A stretch of 64,000 nt of DNA, taken from Bdellovibrionales bacterium. GTDB lineage: Bacteria > Bdellovibrionota > Bdellovibrionia > Bdellovibrionales > UBA1609. A program made the position numbers and the translations under genes. Of the stretch, positions 40,797 to 51,863 are shown in pieces; position 1 is the stretch's first letter, and the number at the start of each line of letters is the position of its first letter. The notes beneath the pieces are model-generated. The model had not been told where the DNA came from, ran no database searches, and was given only the letters and a program-made list of their open reading frames with translations. The DNA lies in the NCBI GenBank assembly GCA_965261545.1, contig CBDHDF010000006.1:64001-128000 (forward strand), in the 5' to 3' direction.

Positions 40797-43433
40797 TTAT
40801 GGCTTTGGAGCTACAAGACGGCTTCTACGACTTCTTTGGAGAAAAGCAAGAGCGACCAAAAGCAAAAGAGCTGGTACAAACATCAACTGCTTGGGCCAAC
40901 GCTTCGAAAGCACCTCAATGCCTTGAATCTCCCAATCAAAATCCAGACCAATTTTTTGGGCGAAGCTATCAAAAACCACAGTGTCCAGCAATACTTTATT
41001 ATCAACTGTTTTCACTTCAATACCTGCCGCTAATAAACGATCGGCTCCTTCTCCCCTGGTTCCTAAGGGTAATTCTACTGTTTTTTCCACCAGTTTACCA
41101 TCCATGGTTTCACCCCCCACAAGCAAACGCAGTTTTCCATTTTCAGGGGCTTGCTTTGCTATGGATTCAATACGAGTGGGATTTATATTTTCATATTTAG
41201 GAAACATCATATCCCAAAAAAAGCCTGGACGAAAGAGGACAAAGGCCACAAGACATAAAGCTAAAGATTCCCATATCTTACTTTTTACCAACCAATAGCC
41301 TTGGGTCGCTGCGGAAAAAGCCAACATGGCCACAATGGCACAAAACACAACAGACAATAGGGACCAAATACTTTCAACGCCGATGAGAAGCAGTTGAGTG
41401 TTAAAAATAAACATAAAAGGCAAAATGGCCGTTCGGATATCGTAGGCAAAACCTTGAAGACCCGTTTTGATGGGATCACTACGGGCAATAGCTGCGGCGG
41501 CAAAGGCGGCCAAACCCACAGGCGGCGTGTCGTCAGCCAATATTCCAAAGTAAAAAACAAATAAATGAACGGCAATAAGAGGAACAATCAACCCATTTTC
41601 AGCACCTAGGGTGACAATCACAGGAGCCATCAAAGTGGAAACCACAATATAGTTGGCTGTGGTGGGCAAGCCCATGCCAAGAATAAGACTCATAATGGCC
41701 GTAAAAATCAGCATCAATAAAACGTTACCTCCAGACACAAATTCCACCAACTCTGTCATCACAAGCCCAATGCCCGTGAGGGTGACGGTCCCCACCACAA
41801 TGCCCGCAGTGGCAGTGGCAACACCAATTCCAATCATATTTCTTGCTCCGGTAGCAAGCCCTTCTATGAGGTCACGCCCCCCCCATCGAAACTGGCTCAA
41901 CAAATGGACTTTCTGATTCAAAAAATTGTCTTTCTGGCGAAACCAAGACTGCAAGGGCCTTTGAGTGACAATCATAAAGATCATAAATAGGGAGGCCCAA
42001 AAAGCAGAAAGACCGGGAGAAAACTTCTCCACAATGAGACACCAAATGAGAACGACAAGGGGAAGTAAGAAATGAAGCCCCGCCTTGACAGTGGGTCCAA
42101 ACTCTGGAATTTCCACGATATCTTCTTCCATGTGGCTTGTGGATAAAGCGGGAAACTTAGTCCCATACCAAATCATTAAAATATAGATCCCCAACAAAAA
42201 TGCACTCACTAAGGCAAAAGCTCCGTGGCCAAATATATTTTTGAGCCATCCCATGCCGTAGTAAACCAAGCCACTGAGAAGAATCAGCCCAAGGAAAGCT
42301 CCAACACAAGAAAGGCAGCTTTGGGCAAAGGAAGATTTGTGGCGTCGAGGAAGTTTTTCCATTTGAGCCTTGCAAGCTTCTAAATGTACAATGTAAATAA
42401 GAGCCATGTAGGAGAGCAAGGCGGGGAGAATGGCATGGGTAATAACTTCAATATAGGAAATTCCCACATATTCGACCATCAAAAAAGCCGCTGCTCCCAT
42501 GATGGGGGGAGTCAGTTGTCCATTGGTGGAGGCGGCCACCTCCACAGCCCCCGCCTTGTGAGCGGGAAACCCCACACGCTTCATCAGTGGGATGGTAAAA
42601 GTTCCTGTTGTCACCACGTTGGCAATGGAAGAGCCTGAAATCAAGCCACTGAGACCTGAAGATACAACAGCCGCTTTGGCAGGGCCTCCCCGGTAGTGTC
42701 CCATGAGAGAAAAAGCCACTTTGATAAAGTAATTTCCCGCTCCTGCTTTTTCTAAGAGCGAGCCAAACAAAACGAAAAGAAAAACAAAACTTGTAGAAAC
42801 CCCTAGGGCGACACCAAAAACACCCTGTGTCCCCAGCCATTGATGGGACATAGTTTTTCCAAAACTTGCCCCCTTGTGGGCAATCACATCTGGCATGTAG
42901 GGACCCAAAAATGTGTAACTCAAGAAGACGAAGGCGACAATAAGCAAAGGAAAACCCAGGGCCCGGCGAGTGGCTTCAAGGAGCAAGACAATGCCAATTC
43001 CGGCCACTCCTAAGTCAAAGAGGATAGGGGCCCCTGCCCTCTCAGATAACTGAATGTAAAACAAATAGATATACCCGGCGCAAAAGGCCCCGACAAGAGC
43101 CATAAACACATCACATAGGGGAATAAAATTTCGTGGAGATTTTTTAGATGCAGGAAAAGCGAGAAAAGTCAAAAATATGGCAAAGGCAAGGTGAATGGAT
43201 CGAGCCTCTGTGTCATTGAAAACACCCACCCGCCAGAGAAATGGCAGGGGAGAGGCATACCAAATCTGAAATAAGGCCCACAGAAGAGCCATTGTAAATA
43301 GAATCTTTCCAGAAAAGCCAGTTAAAACTCTGGCTCCACGATCGGATTCCGCCGCTATGGATTCTGCTGCTATGGACTCTTCTGCCACGATGGAATGTGA
43401 ACCTTCTTGAGCAGAATCAGATTCCGTCACCAT
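40797..43433 (-). CDS. TRAP transporter fused permease (TAXI-associated)
   Basis: GGPAKAAV, SGSSIANVVTTG, GMGLPTTANY, DDTPPV. Confidence 0.95.
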   Translation of the reverse strand: MVTESDSAQEGSHSIVAEESIAAESIAAESDRGARVLTGFSGKILFTMALLWALFQIWYASPLPFLWRVGVFNDTEARSIHLAFAIFLTFLAFPASKKSPRNFIPLCDVFMALVGAFCAGYIYLFYIQLSERAGAPILFDLGVAGIGIVLLLEATRRALGFPLLIVAFVFLSYTFLGPYMPDVIAHKGASFGKTMSHQWLGTQGVFGVALGVSTSFVFLFVLFGSLLEKAGAGNYFIKVAFSLMGHYRGGPAKAAVVSSGLSGLISGSSIANVVTTGTFTIPLMKRVGFPAHKAGAVEVAASTNGQLTPPIMGAAAFLMVEYVGISYIEVITHAILPALLSYMALIYIVHLEACKAQMEKLPRRHKSSFAQSCLSCVGAFLGLILLSGLVYYGMGWLKNIFGHGAFALVSAFLLGIYILMIWYGTKFPALSTSHMEEDIVEIPEFGPTVKAGLHFLLPLVVLIWCLIVEKFSPGLSAFWASLFMIFMIVTQRPLQSWFRQKDNFLNQKVHLLSQFRWGGRDLIEGLATGARNMIGIGVATATAGIVVGTVTLTGIGLVMTELVEFVSGGNVLLMLIFTAIMSLILGMGLPTTANYIVVSTLMAPVIVTLGAENGLIVPLIAVHLFVFYFGILADDTPPVGLAAFAAAAIARSDPIKTGLQGFAYDIRTAILPFMFIFNTQLLLIGVESIWSLLSVVFCAIVAMLAFSAATQGYWLVKSKIWESLALCLVAFVLFRPGFFWDMMFPKYENINPTRIESIAKQAPENGKLRLLVGGETMDGKLVEKTVELPLGTRGEGADRLLAAGIEVKTVDNKVLLDTVVFDSFAQKIGLDFDWEIQGIEVLSKRWPKQLMFVPALLLLVALAFLQRSRRSRLVAPKP

Positions 43434-43490
43434 GGATTATAAGCCTTCTTGAGAAGAATCAGATATGGAACCCAGTTGTATCATTAGAAC

Positions 43491-44654
43491 TCACAGGAGT
43501 TTAGCTTCTTTAAAGTATTTGATGGCCCCAGAATGGAGTGGAATCGCCAGCCCTTCTTTCGCCATGTCTTTTTTCTTGAGTCCACTGAAGGCTGGGTGCA
43601 GTTTCTTAAAATCATTGAAGTTTTCAAAAACAGATTTCACAACTTCATAAACCACCTCTGTAGGCGTGTCTGTGGAACTAACAAAAGAAGCTCCCACACC
43701 AAAAGTCATGGTGTCCTTGGGGTTGCCTCGATACATGCCTCCAGGAATGACGGCTTTACGGTAATAACGATGTTGCTTTAATAGTTTGTCGATTTGAGGC
43801 CCTGTCACAGAAATGAGGCTGTTCTCACAAAGTGTTGTGGCCTCTTTCATGGAACCTGAGGGGTGCCCCACAACAAACACGCTGGCATCAATTTTGTTAT
43901 CACAAAGAGCTTTGGGTCGTTCCGCAAATTTTAACTCAGAAGCCAGAAGAAAGTCCGATCTTTTCCAACCCATGGCAGACATCACCACCTCCATGGTGCC
44001 CCTCTCACCCGAACCGGGATCCCCAATATTCACCTTCTTACCTTTTAAATCTGCAAAGGTTTTGATTTTAGAGTCCTTGCGTGCAACCACAGTGAAGGGC
44101 TCTGGGTGAACGGAGAACATCGCACGTAGTTTTTTATTGGCTCCCTGTTTTTTAAACTTACTGGAGCCACGGTAGGCATGAAATTGCCAATCTGATTGGG
44201 CCACAGCCATATCGAGTTCGCCAGAGCGAAGAGTGTTGAGGTTATAAATAGAACCTCCTGTGCTTTCCACAGAACAGCGCAGGCCATGTCGTTTGCGACC
44301 TTTATTCACAAGGCGACACATAGCTCCTCCCGCAGCATAATAAACACCTGTCACACCTCCCGTACCAATGGTGATAAACTTTTCAGTTGCCGGAGTCGCC
44401 TTCTTAGCTTTTTTATTTTTGCTGGCAACTCTGGCCGCTGCTTCGGCAGTGGAAAAAACCATGTCAATGGCCGTGTCCAACTTGTCAACAGCTTTGTTAA
44501 CAACCTGATACTCGTTTGCGTGCTTATCCTTACTGGCTGCCATGGAAATATTCATAGAAAAAATAGAAAAAACAATAGTAGAAACAATAGCAACGGCTAT
44601 GTTTGTTCTGTTTACTTTATTTGTTTTGTTTTGTTTGTTTGCTTTGTTCTCCAT
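43491..44654 (-). CDS. TAXI-family TRAP solute-binding protein
   Basis: [28 protein letters not shown]. Confidence 0.95.
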   Translation of the reverse strand: MENKANKQNKTNKVNRTNIAVAIVSTIVFSIFSMNISMAASKDKHANEYQVVNKAVDKLDTAIDMVFSTAEAAARVASKNKKAKKATPATEKFITIGTGGVTGVYYAAGGAMCRLVNKGRKRHGLRCSVESTGGSIYNLNTLRSGELDMAVAQSDWQFHAYRGSSKFKKQGANKKLRAMFSVHPEPFTVVARKDSKIKTFADLKGKKVNIGDPGSGERGTMEVVMSAMGWKRSDFLLASELKFAERPKALCDNKIDASVFVVGHPSGSMKEATTLCENSLISVTGPQIDKLLKQHRYYRKAVIPGGMYRGNPKDTMTFGVGASFVSSTDTPTEVVYEVVKSVFENFNDFKKLHPAFSGLKKKDMAKEGLAIPLHSGAIKYFKEAKLL

Positions 44655-45033
44655 AATTTTCTCCTAAGCATCTTTGTAAATGTTAAGTCATCTTGCATCT
44701 TAAAGTTACGAATACCCTAAGACTCTAACATGACTATGCTCTCTAAGTGACTCTCCGATAGGACCCATTCATGATGATATGTTAAAATGAACAGAGTGAG
44801 GTGAACCCGATCAACCTACAATACGTAACATTACTTAGCGCAGTTATACAACCACTAAGTTACAAAAAATGTAGAAATGTAGCGTAGGGAGGGAGACGGA
44901 AGGGGCCGCTCATTTAAAAATATTGAGGAGTAAAATGAGTGGTTGATACACTAGCACTTGGGCTCACCCTCGAATACGCGCACCACAATTGGTTTTGGCT
45001 TCGCCAAGTTAGTATGTATGATATAAAATTTTC

Positions 45034-45888
45034 TTATAAATCGTAACTGTAAAATCCTCGTCCAGATTTTCGCCCTAACCACTGGGCTTCAACGTATTTC
45101 ACAAGCAAGGGGCAAGGTCTGTACTTGTCGTCGCCAAGTCCTTCATGGAGAACATTCATAATGGCCAAACAGGTATCTAAACCAATAAAATCGGCCAAGG
45201 CCAGAGGGCCCATGGGTTGATTGGTTCCAAGTTTCATTGCGCGGTCGATATCTTCAGCTTTGGCAATGCCTTCGTAGAGGGTGTAAATGGCTTCATTAAT
45301 CATGGGCATCAAAATTCTATTCACCGCAAAGCCGGGAATATCTTTGACTTCCACAAATATTTTTCCCAATTGCTCGGCAAATTGTCCCACCTTCTGAAAG
45401 GTTTCATCGGAGGTTTGTAGGCCGCGAATACCCTCGACAAGGGTCATAATAGGGACAGGGTTCATAAAGTGCATTCCTGCTACTTTTGTAGGGCGTTCAG
45501 TGACACTTGCCATTTGGGTGATGGAGATGGAGGAAGTATTGCTACATAAAATGGATTGAGGCTCACAAACTTCATCTAGTTGCTTAAATATCTTTAACTT
45601 AAGCCCTTGATCTTCTGTGGCTGCTTCAATCACCAGATCACAACCTTTGAAAGAAGATACTTGATCGGAGAGTTCAATACGATTTATCAGGTTGTTTTTT
45701 TCCTCCACTGTCATTTTTTCTTTCTTAATGAGACGATCACAACTTTTCTCAATGGATGCCATGCCTTTTTTTAAGGCATCATCTTTCACATCCACCATGA
45801 CCACAGGCACTTTATGGTGGGCCACCACTTGGGCAATGCCATGACCCATTTGGCCAGCGCCCACGATTCCAACTTTGACAAAGCTCAT
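45034..45888 (-). CDS. hbd: 3-hydroxybutyryl-CoA dehydrogenase
   Basis: GAGQMG, SNTSS, GMHFMNP, PMGPL, LGRKSG. Confidence 0.95.
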   Translation of the reverse strand: MSFVKVGIVGAGQMGHGIAQVVAHHKVPVVMVDVKDDALKKGMASIEKSCDRLIKKEKMTVEEKNNLINRIELSDQVSSFKGCDLVIEAATEDQGLKLKIFKQLDEVCEPQSILCSNTSSISITQMASVTERPTKVAGMHFMNPVPIMTLVEGIRGLQTSDETFQKVGQFAEQLGKIFVEVKDIPGFAVNRILMPMINEAIYTLYEGIAKAEDIDRAMKLGTNQPMGPLALADFIGLDTCLAIMNVLHEGLGDDKYRPCPLLVKYVEAQWLGRKSGRGFYSYDL

Positions 45889-45968
45889 AGGGGCCTCCTC
45901 ATCATAGCCTTGGCTTTCTCTCTGACATAAAAGGGGGAGAGTTATACAAAAACTCTATACTATAAAAT

Positions 45969-46232
45969 CTATGAAATATTGTGAACTTTTTTAGAGAATC
46001 GAGAGATTTTACGGGCTGCCTTCTTGACATGGTAAATTCCCTTTTGGGCGACTTTGTCAGTGAGGCGAGTCCAAGTCAATAAAAGCTCTGTGGCCTTGAT
46101 TTTATCTCCAGCTCCAATGGCCGTGAGTAGCTTCTTTTCAAAGGTGCGAACGGTGCTCTTTGTGTGTTTGTTGCGGTGGCAGCGCTTGATATCTTGTCGG
46201 GCCCTTTTTCTGGCTGATTTATGATTTGCCAA
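45969..46232 (-). CDS. rpsT: 30S ribosomal protein S20
   Basis: MANHKSARKR...KGIYH.KKAARKISR; AGGAGG RBS, TTG start. Confidence 0.96.
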   Translation of the reverse strand: MANHKSARKRARQDIKRCHRNKHTKSTVRTFEKKLLTAIGAGDKIKATELLLTWTRLTDKVAQKGIYHVKKAARKISRFSKKVHNIS

Positions 46233-46416
46233 TGAATACCTCCTGTGGTTGATTGAATTTCTACAACCTCATTATGCTATCTACAGCGTACTATTATCTG
46301 ATACTATTAGTAGTACTATTATCTGTATTATCTTAACCTTACCTGTATTACCTGGTTATTACTTGCATGACGCTATCTACTACCTACCGCTAACATGAAT
46401 TTGGAGGAAAGACAAG

Positions 46417-48012
46417 GTGGTGAGCCGCAGCAATAAAAGTTCTGTGCTATCATCGGCAGGGGCGATGTCCATGGGGACCATGGGCAGTCGCATTTTGGGC
46501 TACCTTCGAGATGTGCTTCTCTATGCCTTCTTTCCCCACCTTGCCCGTGATGCCTTTATTGTGGCCTTTCAACTCCCCAACCTTTTTCGTAGGGTTCTTG
46601 GTGAGGGCTCTTTGGCTGTGAGTTTTATTCCCGTCTATGTGGAAAAAAATGAGGAAGAAGCTCAAAAGCTTGCGAATGCTCTCATGAGCTTTCTTTGGGT
46701 CATCGCCTCTTTGGTTTGCACCCTTGGTATTGTTTTTATGGATCAACTTCTCCCCCTTGCTGTCAGCGGTGAGGGTTATGCGAGGGTGGCAGGGAAGGTG
46801 GATCTCACCGTTTCCCTAGCGCAAATTATGTTTGCTTATCTTTTTTTCGTCACCACCTATGCTTACTACATGGCCATTCTCAATGCTCTTGGTGAGTTTT
46901 TTATTCCTGCTTTGGCTCCTGCTGCCTTTAACATCACTCTCATTGCTGCCACCCTATGGGCGGGACTCGCCCAAAGTCCTAAGGTTCTTGCTTGGGGGGT
47001 GGTTGTGGGTGGTTTTTTCCAGGTGAGCCTTGTGTTTTGGTCTCTTTATAAAAAGTCTAAACTTCCTCGATGGACCTTAAGATGGAGAACCCCTGGCTTT
47101 GTTCTTGTGCTGCAAAATATGGCGCCAGGCATTATAGGTGTGGGAGTGTCCCAGTTGATGACATTAGCCAATCTCTACTTTGCCAGTCAACTGGGACAGG
47201 GAACTCACTCCTATTTATATTTAGGCCAGCGAATTTTAGAGCTTCCCCACTCTCTTATTTCCATTAGCTTGGGATCTGCCCTCCTGCCTACCTTGGCCAA
47301 GCTCTGGAGGGAAAAAAATTCCACAAAGGTGTTGGATACGGTGAGTTATCACCTTCAGTTCCTTTTGTTCTTGGTGATTCCAAGTGCTGTGGGCATGTAC
47401 ATACTTGCCTTGCCCATGATCGAAGTTTTGTTTTTACGCGGTGAATTTGGAGTCTCTGATGTGTTGGTAACAGCCTCTGTTATTCAGGTACTTAGCTTTC
47501 TTTTGGTGGCAAGTAGTTTAAACAAAGTCATGGTCTCGGCTCTTTATGCGATTAAAAACACTTGGTATCCTGCTGTGGTGTCCCTTTTTTGCCTCATTCT
47601 TCATATGGTTTTGGCCCACTTTTGGACTCCCCAGTTTGGGATTCAGGGTCTTGTGGCTTCCATGACCTTCTCGGGTTTTTGCAATGTTGCAGGAGTTTTC
47701 TTGGGCCTTTGGTACTTTGTAGGCCCCCTTTCATGGGGGAGCATTTTGAGGAACCAATGGAAAACTTTTGTTTCCGCAGGGTGCATGGGCCTCAGTCTCG
47801 TCTGGGTCCAAGATATCTTTTCTTTCCTATCCCCCTCCTCTCCTGTCTTAGGTTCTGTTGAATTGAGCCTTCCCCTGTTGGTCTTGGTGGGGGGTGGGGT
47901 CTACTTCCTCACGGCCCATGTTTTGAAAAGCCGAGAATGTGCTGAAATAACTGTGTTTTTCGGGCACCTTCTGAACAAAGTGAAGTGTAAAAAGAAAAAA
48001 AAGTCTCCTTAG
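46417..48012 (+). CDS. murJ: Lipid II flippase MurJ
   Basis: SRILGYLRD, AFQLPNLFRRVLGEG, LFLRGEF. Confidence 0.95.
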   Translation: MVSRSNKSSVLSSAGAMSMGTMGSRILGYLRDVLLYAFFPHLARDAFIVAFQLPNLFRRVLGEGSLAVSFIPVYVEKNEEEAQKLANALMSFLWVIASLVCTLGIVFMDQLLPLAVSGEGYARVAGKVDLTVSLAQIMFAYLFFVTTYAYYMAILNALGEFFIPALAPAAFNITLIAATLWAGLAQSPKVLAWGVVVGGFFQVSLVFWSLYKKSKLPRWTLRWRTPGFVLVLQNMAPGIIGVGVSQLMTLANLYFASQLGQGTHSYLYLGQRILELPHSLISISLGSALLPTLAKLWREKNSTKVLDTVSYHLQFLLFLVIPSAVGMYILALPMIEVLFLRGEFGVSDVLVTASVIQVLSFLLVASSLNKVMVSALYAIKNTWYPAVVSLFCLILHMVLAHFWTPQFGIQGLVASMTFSGFCNVAGVFLGLWYFVGPLSWGSILRNQWKTFVSAGCMGLSLVWVQDIFSFLSPSSPVLGSVELSLPLLVLVGGGVYFLTAHVLKSRECAEITVFFGHLLNKVKCKKKKKSP

Positions 48013-48131
48013 ATATATGGCCATATAAATATGGTAGTGTGGCAATATGGGAGATATGGCAGTATGGTAATGTGGCAGAGATACCGATAAGCCTATAGGC
48101 ACAGGGGGTCGATAAGCCTAGGTTGAGGAAT

Positions 48132-50692
48132 ATGAAAGACAACAAAAAAAACATTCACTTTCGAAAAAAATATATAGACCCTTCAAGAAAGTTCTTGGAG
48201 TGGGTTGACAATTTTCGTTTTGAGCAAACTTTGATGGGTCACTACCTCCACCGTCTTGATCGGAGATTTGGCCTTAGGGACATTTTCTTGCTGTGGCTTT
48301 TTTGTTTTATACTCTCCATGGTTCTATTTTACCATATTGAATTTAAGGAGAGTTTAAAGGCGGGAAGTATTGCTCAGAATGACGTGAAATCTCCCATAGA
48401 TTTTCAAGTCGTCGATGCAGAGGCCACAAAGGTAAAAAGGGAGGAAGCGCAAAAGAGTCTTCCACCTATTTTTGATTATGATTCCAAGGCTTACGAGGAA
48501 ATTCTCCCTAAAATTGACAATGCTTTTAATAGCATGCGCTTGGAGCTTGGCGCTGAAGGCTGGAGTCCAAAAAAGCCTTATAGAGCCACAAAATTTTACA
48601 AAGAGTCTAAGTACAAAAAAAAGTTTGAACAAGACTTGGGAATCGATATCACAAATTCCGCGTACCACTGGCTCTTGAATAAGGGTTTTGGTGATACGCT
48701 CCAGAAGCTTATCACCAAAACTTTAAACACTTGGTCTCAACAAATGATTTTTGATGGAGGAGGTCATTCTATTGAAAAAGAAGATCAAGTGATTATTCGG
48801 AATATCCAAGAAAGTCTTCAGCAAGAAAGTCTTCAGAAAGATGGAACTCCCTCTGAATTGACGGTTAGCAATAGTAAAATTTTTGATTTGCGACGAAAAA
48901 GTCACTTCACATCTCCCTTTATTGAAAGTGTTGAAGATTTAAATGAGGGGGATCGATCTCAATTGATTCAACTGGCTCACCAACTTATTGTGCCCAACAC
49001 TTTTTTAAATCGTAAAGGAACAGCCTTGCGGCAAACTGAAATCAGTAAATCGGTTTTGCCCATACAAATTTCAGTGCAAAAGAATCAAATTATCGTCAAA
49101 GAAGGTGCTGTGGTTCAGCCTATTCATGTGCAAATTATTAATGAAATTAAAAGGATGGAATCTCGTCAAAGAACGGGCTGGCTCTATGGAGCTTCTTCTT
49201 TGTTGTTTGTTGTTTGTGTTCTCGTTTTCTTTTCCTATTTACGAAGATTTACTTTGAATAAAGTTCGCGTGGAGCTTAAGGACATAGTTGCCATGGGAAC
49301 AGTCACCCTGATGATGGTGGTGTTTATCAAGATTTTTCTTTTTCTCACAGACAGTGCCTTTAGGAGTCAACTAGGAAGTGTGCTTCCCTCTTCAGTGTTT
49401 TTGTACATGGCCCCCTTGGCAGCAGGTCCCATGATGATTGGTTTATTGATCTCTACTGGTGAGGTAGTTTGGCTCTTTACTGTCTTTATAGCCACGGTGA
49501 TTGCTGTCATGGTGGATATGAATTTTGCGATTTTCGTTTTGAGCATGATTGGTGGTATGGCAGGAGCCAGAGGCGTTTATGGTTGCAAAAGGAGAAATGA
49601 TATTTATTGGGCTGGGGTTCGAACAGGCATGGTGAGTGCTCTCACTATGCTTACGATTTTGGTTCTCATGGATCACTTGGGGGACCTACAAAACTTGAAA
49701 GATTTTATGTGGATTGTTCCCGCGGCCTTTGTGGGAGGTGTGGCCTCTTCTATGCTCGCCATGGTTTGTGTTCCCCTTTTGGAGTCTCTATTTAACTATA
49801 CCACAGACATTAAGCTACTCGAACTGAGTAATCTCGATCACGTTTTGATGAAGGAGATGATGGTCAAAGCCCCGGGGACCTACCACCACGCTCTTGCTGT
49901 GGGAACTATGGTGGATGAAGCCGCTCAAAAAATTGAAGCCAACCCTCTCCTTGCTAAAGTTATGGCTTATTATCATGATATTGGTAAGGTTGAGCATGCC
50001 CAGTATTTTGTGGAAAACCAAAGACCTGGTTACAACCCCCACGATTATATTTCTCCTTATATGAGCAAAACAATTCTTATTGCTCACGTCAAGGATGGAG
50101 CTGAAATAGGTCTTCGTCATAAATTGGGACGCCCTATTATTGATGGAATTCTCCAGCATCATGGCACCACTTTGGCCTCTTATTTTTACAACAAGGCTTT
50201 GGGAGACCAAGGTAAAGACTCTCGACACATCAAAGAAAATGACTTTCGCTATCCAGGACCCAAGCCTCAGTTCAAGGAGGCGGGTCTTGTGATGCTTGCA
50301 GATAGTGTTGAAGCTGCGGCAAGATCCATTGATGAACCCACAGCTCATCGTCTTACCACCTTGGTGACAAATATTATTCAATCTAAGTTTATTGATGGTC
50401 AATTGGAAGAATGCAATCTCACTTTTAAAGATTTATCTATTATTGAAGAAACTTTAAAAAGACCCTCTTAAGTATTTACCACCATCGTATTGATTATCCC
50501 CATATGCGAGAGGGCAAGCTTCTGAAGCGCCCAGATTCTAAGGCCGCACTTTCTGCACCTCCCACGACTTCCACACCTCCCACTCATGGTTCGAATGGTT
50601 CTACGGATGAGTCTGGATCGAATGGCTCCACGGGGTCCTCTGGTTCCAAGGGCTCAGCGAGTTCAACGGGTGCGAAGAAAGGTTTGGCGTGA
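48132..50692 (+). CDS. 7TM-HD (HDIG) phosphohydrolase, PgpH-like; apparent 1-bp frameshift at 50456-50460
   Basis: APGTYHH, YYHDIGK, QHHGT, LADSVEAA; the family motif IYHHRIDYP follows in a shifted frame that runs to 50692. Confidence 0.88.
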
Positions 50693-50695
50693 ACC

Positions 50696-51169
50696 TTGGA
50701 CCTTCAGTTTGTCAACCACTCCCACGCTCCCATGCCCACAAAATATATTACAGTTTGGATGGACTATGTGGAAAAAGAGCTTCTTCGTCGGCGAGTTGTC
50801 AAAGCGAAGGCTATGAAGGGAAAAAATTTAAGCCTTGTCTTTTTAAACACTCAAGAGGCGAAAAGGCTTCATAAAAAGTATCGAAGAAAGAATAAGGCTA
50901 CAGATGTTTTAAGTTTTAGTTCCATTTTTGAAGAAAACCTTGGAGAGCTTATTTTTTGCTCTCAAGTCATTCAAAGGCAAGCCCGAAAAAATCGGCATAG
51001 TTATCGGGATGAACTGGCTTATCTCACCCTCCATGGCCTTCTCCACCTCTTGGGCTTTGAGCATGAAAAGGGGGGGCTTGAAGCCGAAAGGATGTATGCA
51101 CTCCAAGATGACATTTATGAAAACTACTATGAAAACTACATGGAAGGGCGAAAGCTAATAAAGAATTGA
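50696..51169 (+). CDS. ybeY: rRNA maturation RNase YbeY
   Basis: ATDVLSF, HGLLHLLGFEH. Confidence 0.95.
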   Translation: MDLQFVNHSHAPMPTKYITVWMDYVEKELLRRRVVKAKAMKGKNLSLVFLNTQEAKRLHKKYRRKNKATDVLSFSSIFEENLGELIFCSQVIQRQARKNRHSYRDELAYLTLHGLLHLLGFEHEKGGLEAERMYALQDDIYENYYENYMEGRKLIKN

Positions 51170-51275
51170 AAGCTGGTAAGAATCGAAACCTTAGAAGAGA
51201 GTACGAGAGTCGAAACCTTAAAAGAGATGTCGAATCTTAGAAGAGGGTTAAAGGCTTAGGGCAGGAGTTAAGAAC

Positions 51276-51863
51276 ATGAGAGTCAAATTTATAAAAAGTG
51301 CCACAGATTCGAGGGGCTACCCTCCCCCCCAGTGTTGGGAAGTGGCTTTTGTGGGGCGCTCCAATGCTGGAAAGTCTTCTCTGATTAACAGTCTTCTCAA
51401 ATATAAAGTGGCCAAGGTGAGTGGAAGCCCAGGAAAAACCCGGCTCATTAACTTTTTTGATGTGAATGGAGCCTATCGTCTTGTGGATCTTCCGGGTTAC
51501 GGTTTTGCCAAAGTTAGTCAACGTGAACGGGAGAAATGGAAGCCTATGGTGGAAGACTATATAAGCCTGCGCCAGGTTCTTGTGGGTTTGGTATTGGTCA
51601 TGGACATTCGAAGATCTTGGTCCGAAGATGAAGCGGCTCTTGTCCAATGGGTGGCCCATGTTGGCAAAAAGGGACTTGTTGTTCTGAATAAGGCGGATAA
51701 AGTGGGGACATCCCAGCAGGTGCGTTCCCAAAGGACCGTGGGGGCATCTGTGGATTGGCCTCTTTTTGTGTGCTCTTCCTCGAAGAGGTCGGGGGTGGAC
51801 GCCATAGGGAAGCAAATTTGGCAATGGGTTGAAGGCGGTCATCCAAAAAGAGGTTGCCCATGA
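51276..51863 (+). CDS. engB: Ribosome biogenesis GTPase YihA/YsxC
   Basis: GRSNAGKSS, PGKT, DLPGYG, NKAD. Confidence 0.95.
   Translation: MRVKFIKSATDSRGYPPPQCWEVAFVGRSNAGKSSLINSLLKYKVAKVSGSPGKTRLINFFDVNGAYRLVDLPGYGFAKVSQREREKWKPMVEDYISLRQVLVGLVLVMDIRRSWSEDEAALVQWVAHVGKKGLVVLNKADKVGTSQQVRSQRTVGASVDWPLFVCSSSKRSGVDAIGKQIWQWVEGGHPKRGCP

Noticed and set aside
44720..45030. Possible structured RNA/riboswitch upstream of the TAXI gene
   Set aside because: Only short unlinked hairpins; no recognisable aptamer
50504..50692. Separate Ser/Gly-rich small gene
   Set aside because: It is the frameshifted C-terminal tail of the 7TM-HD protein
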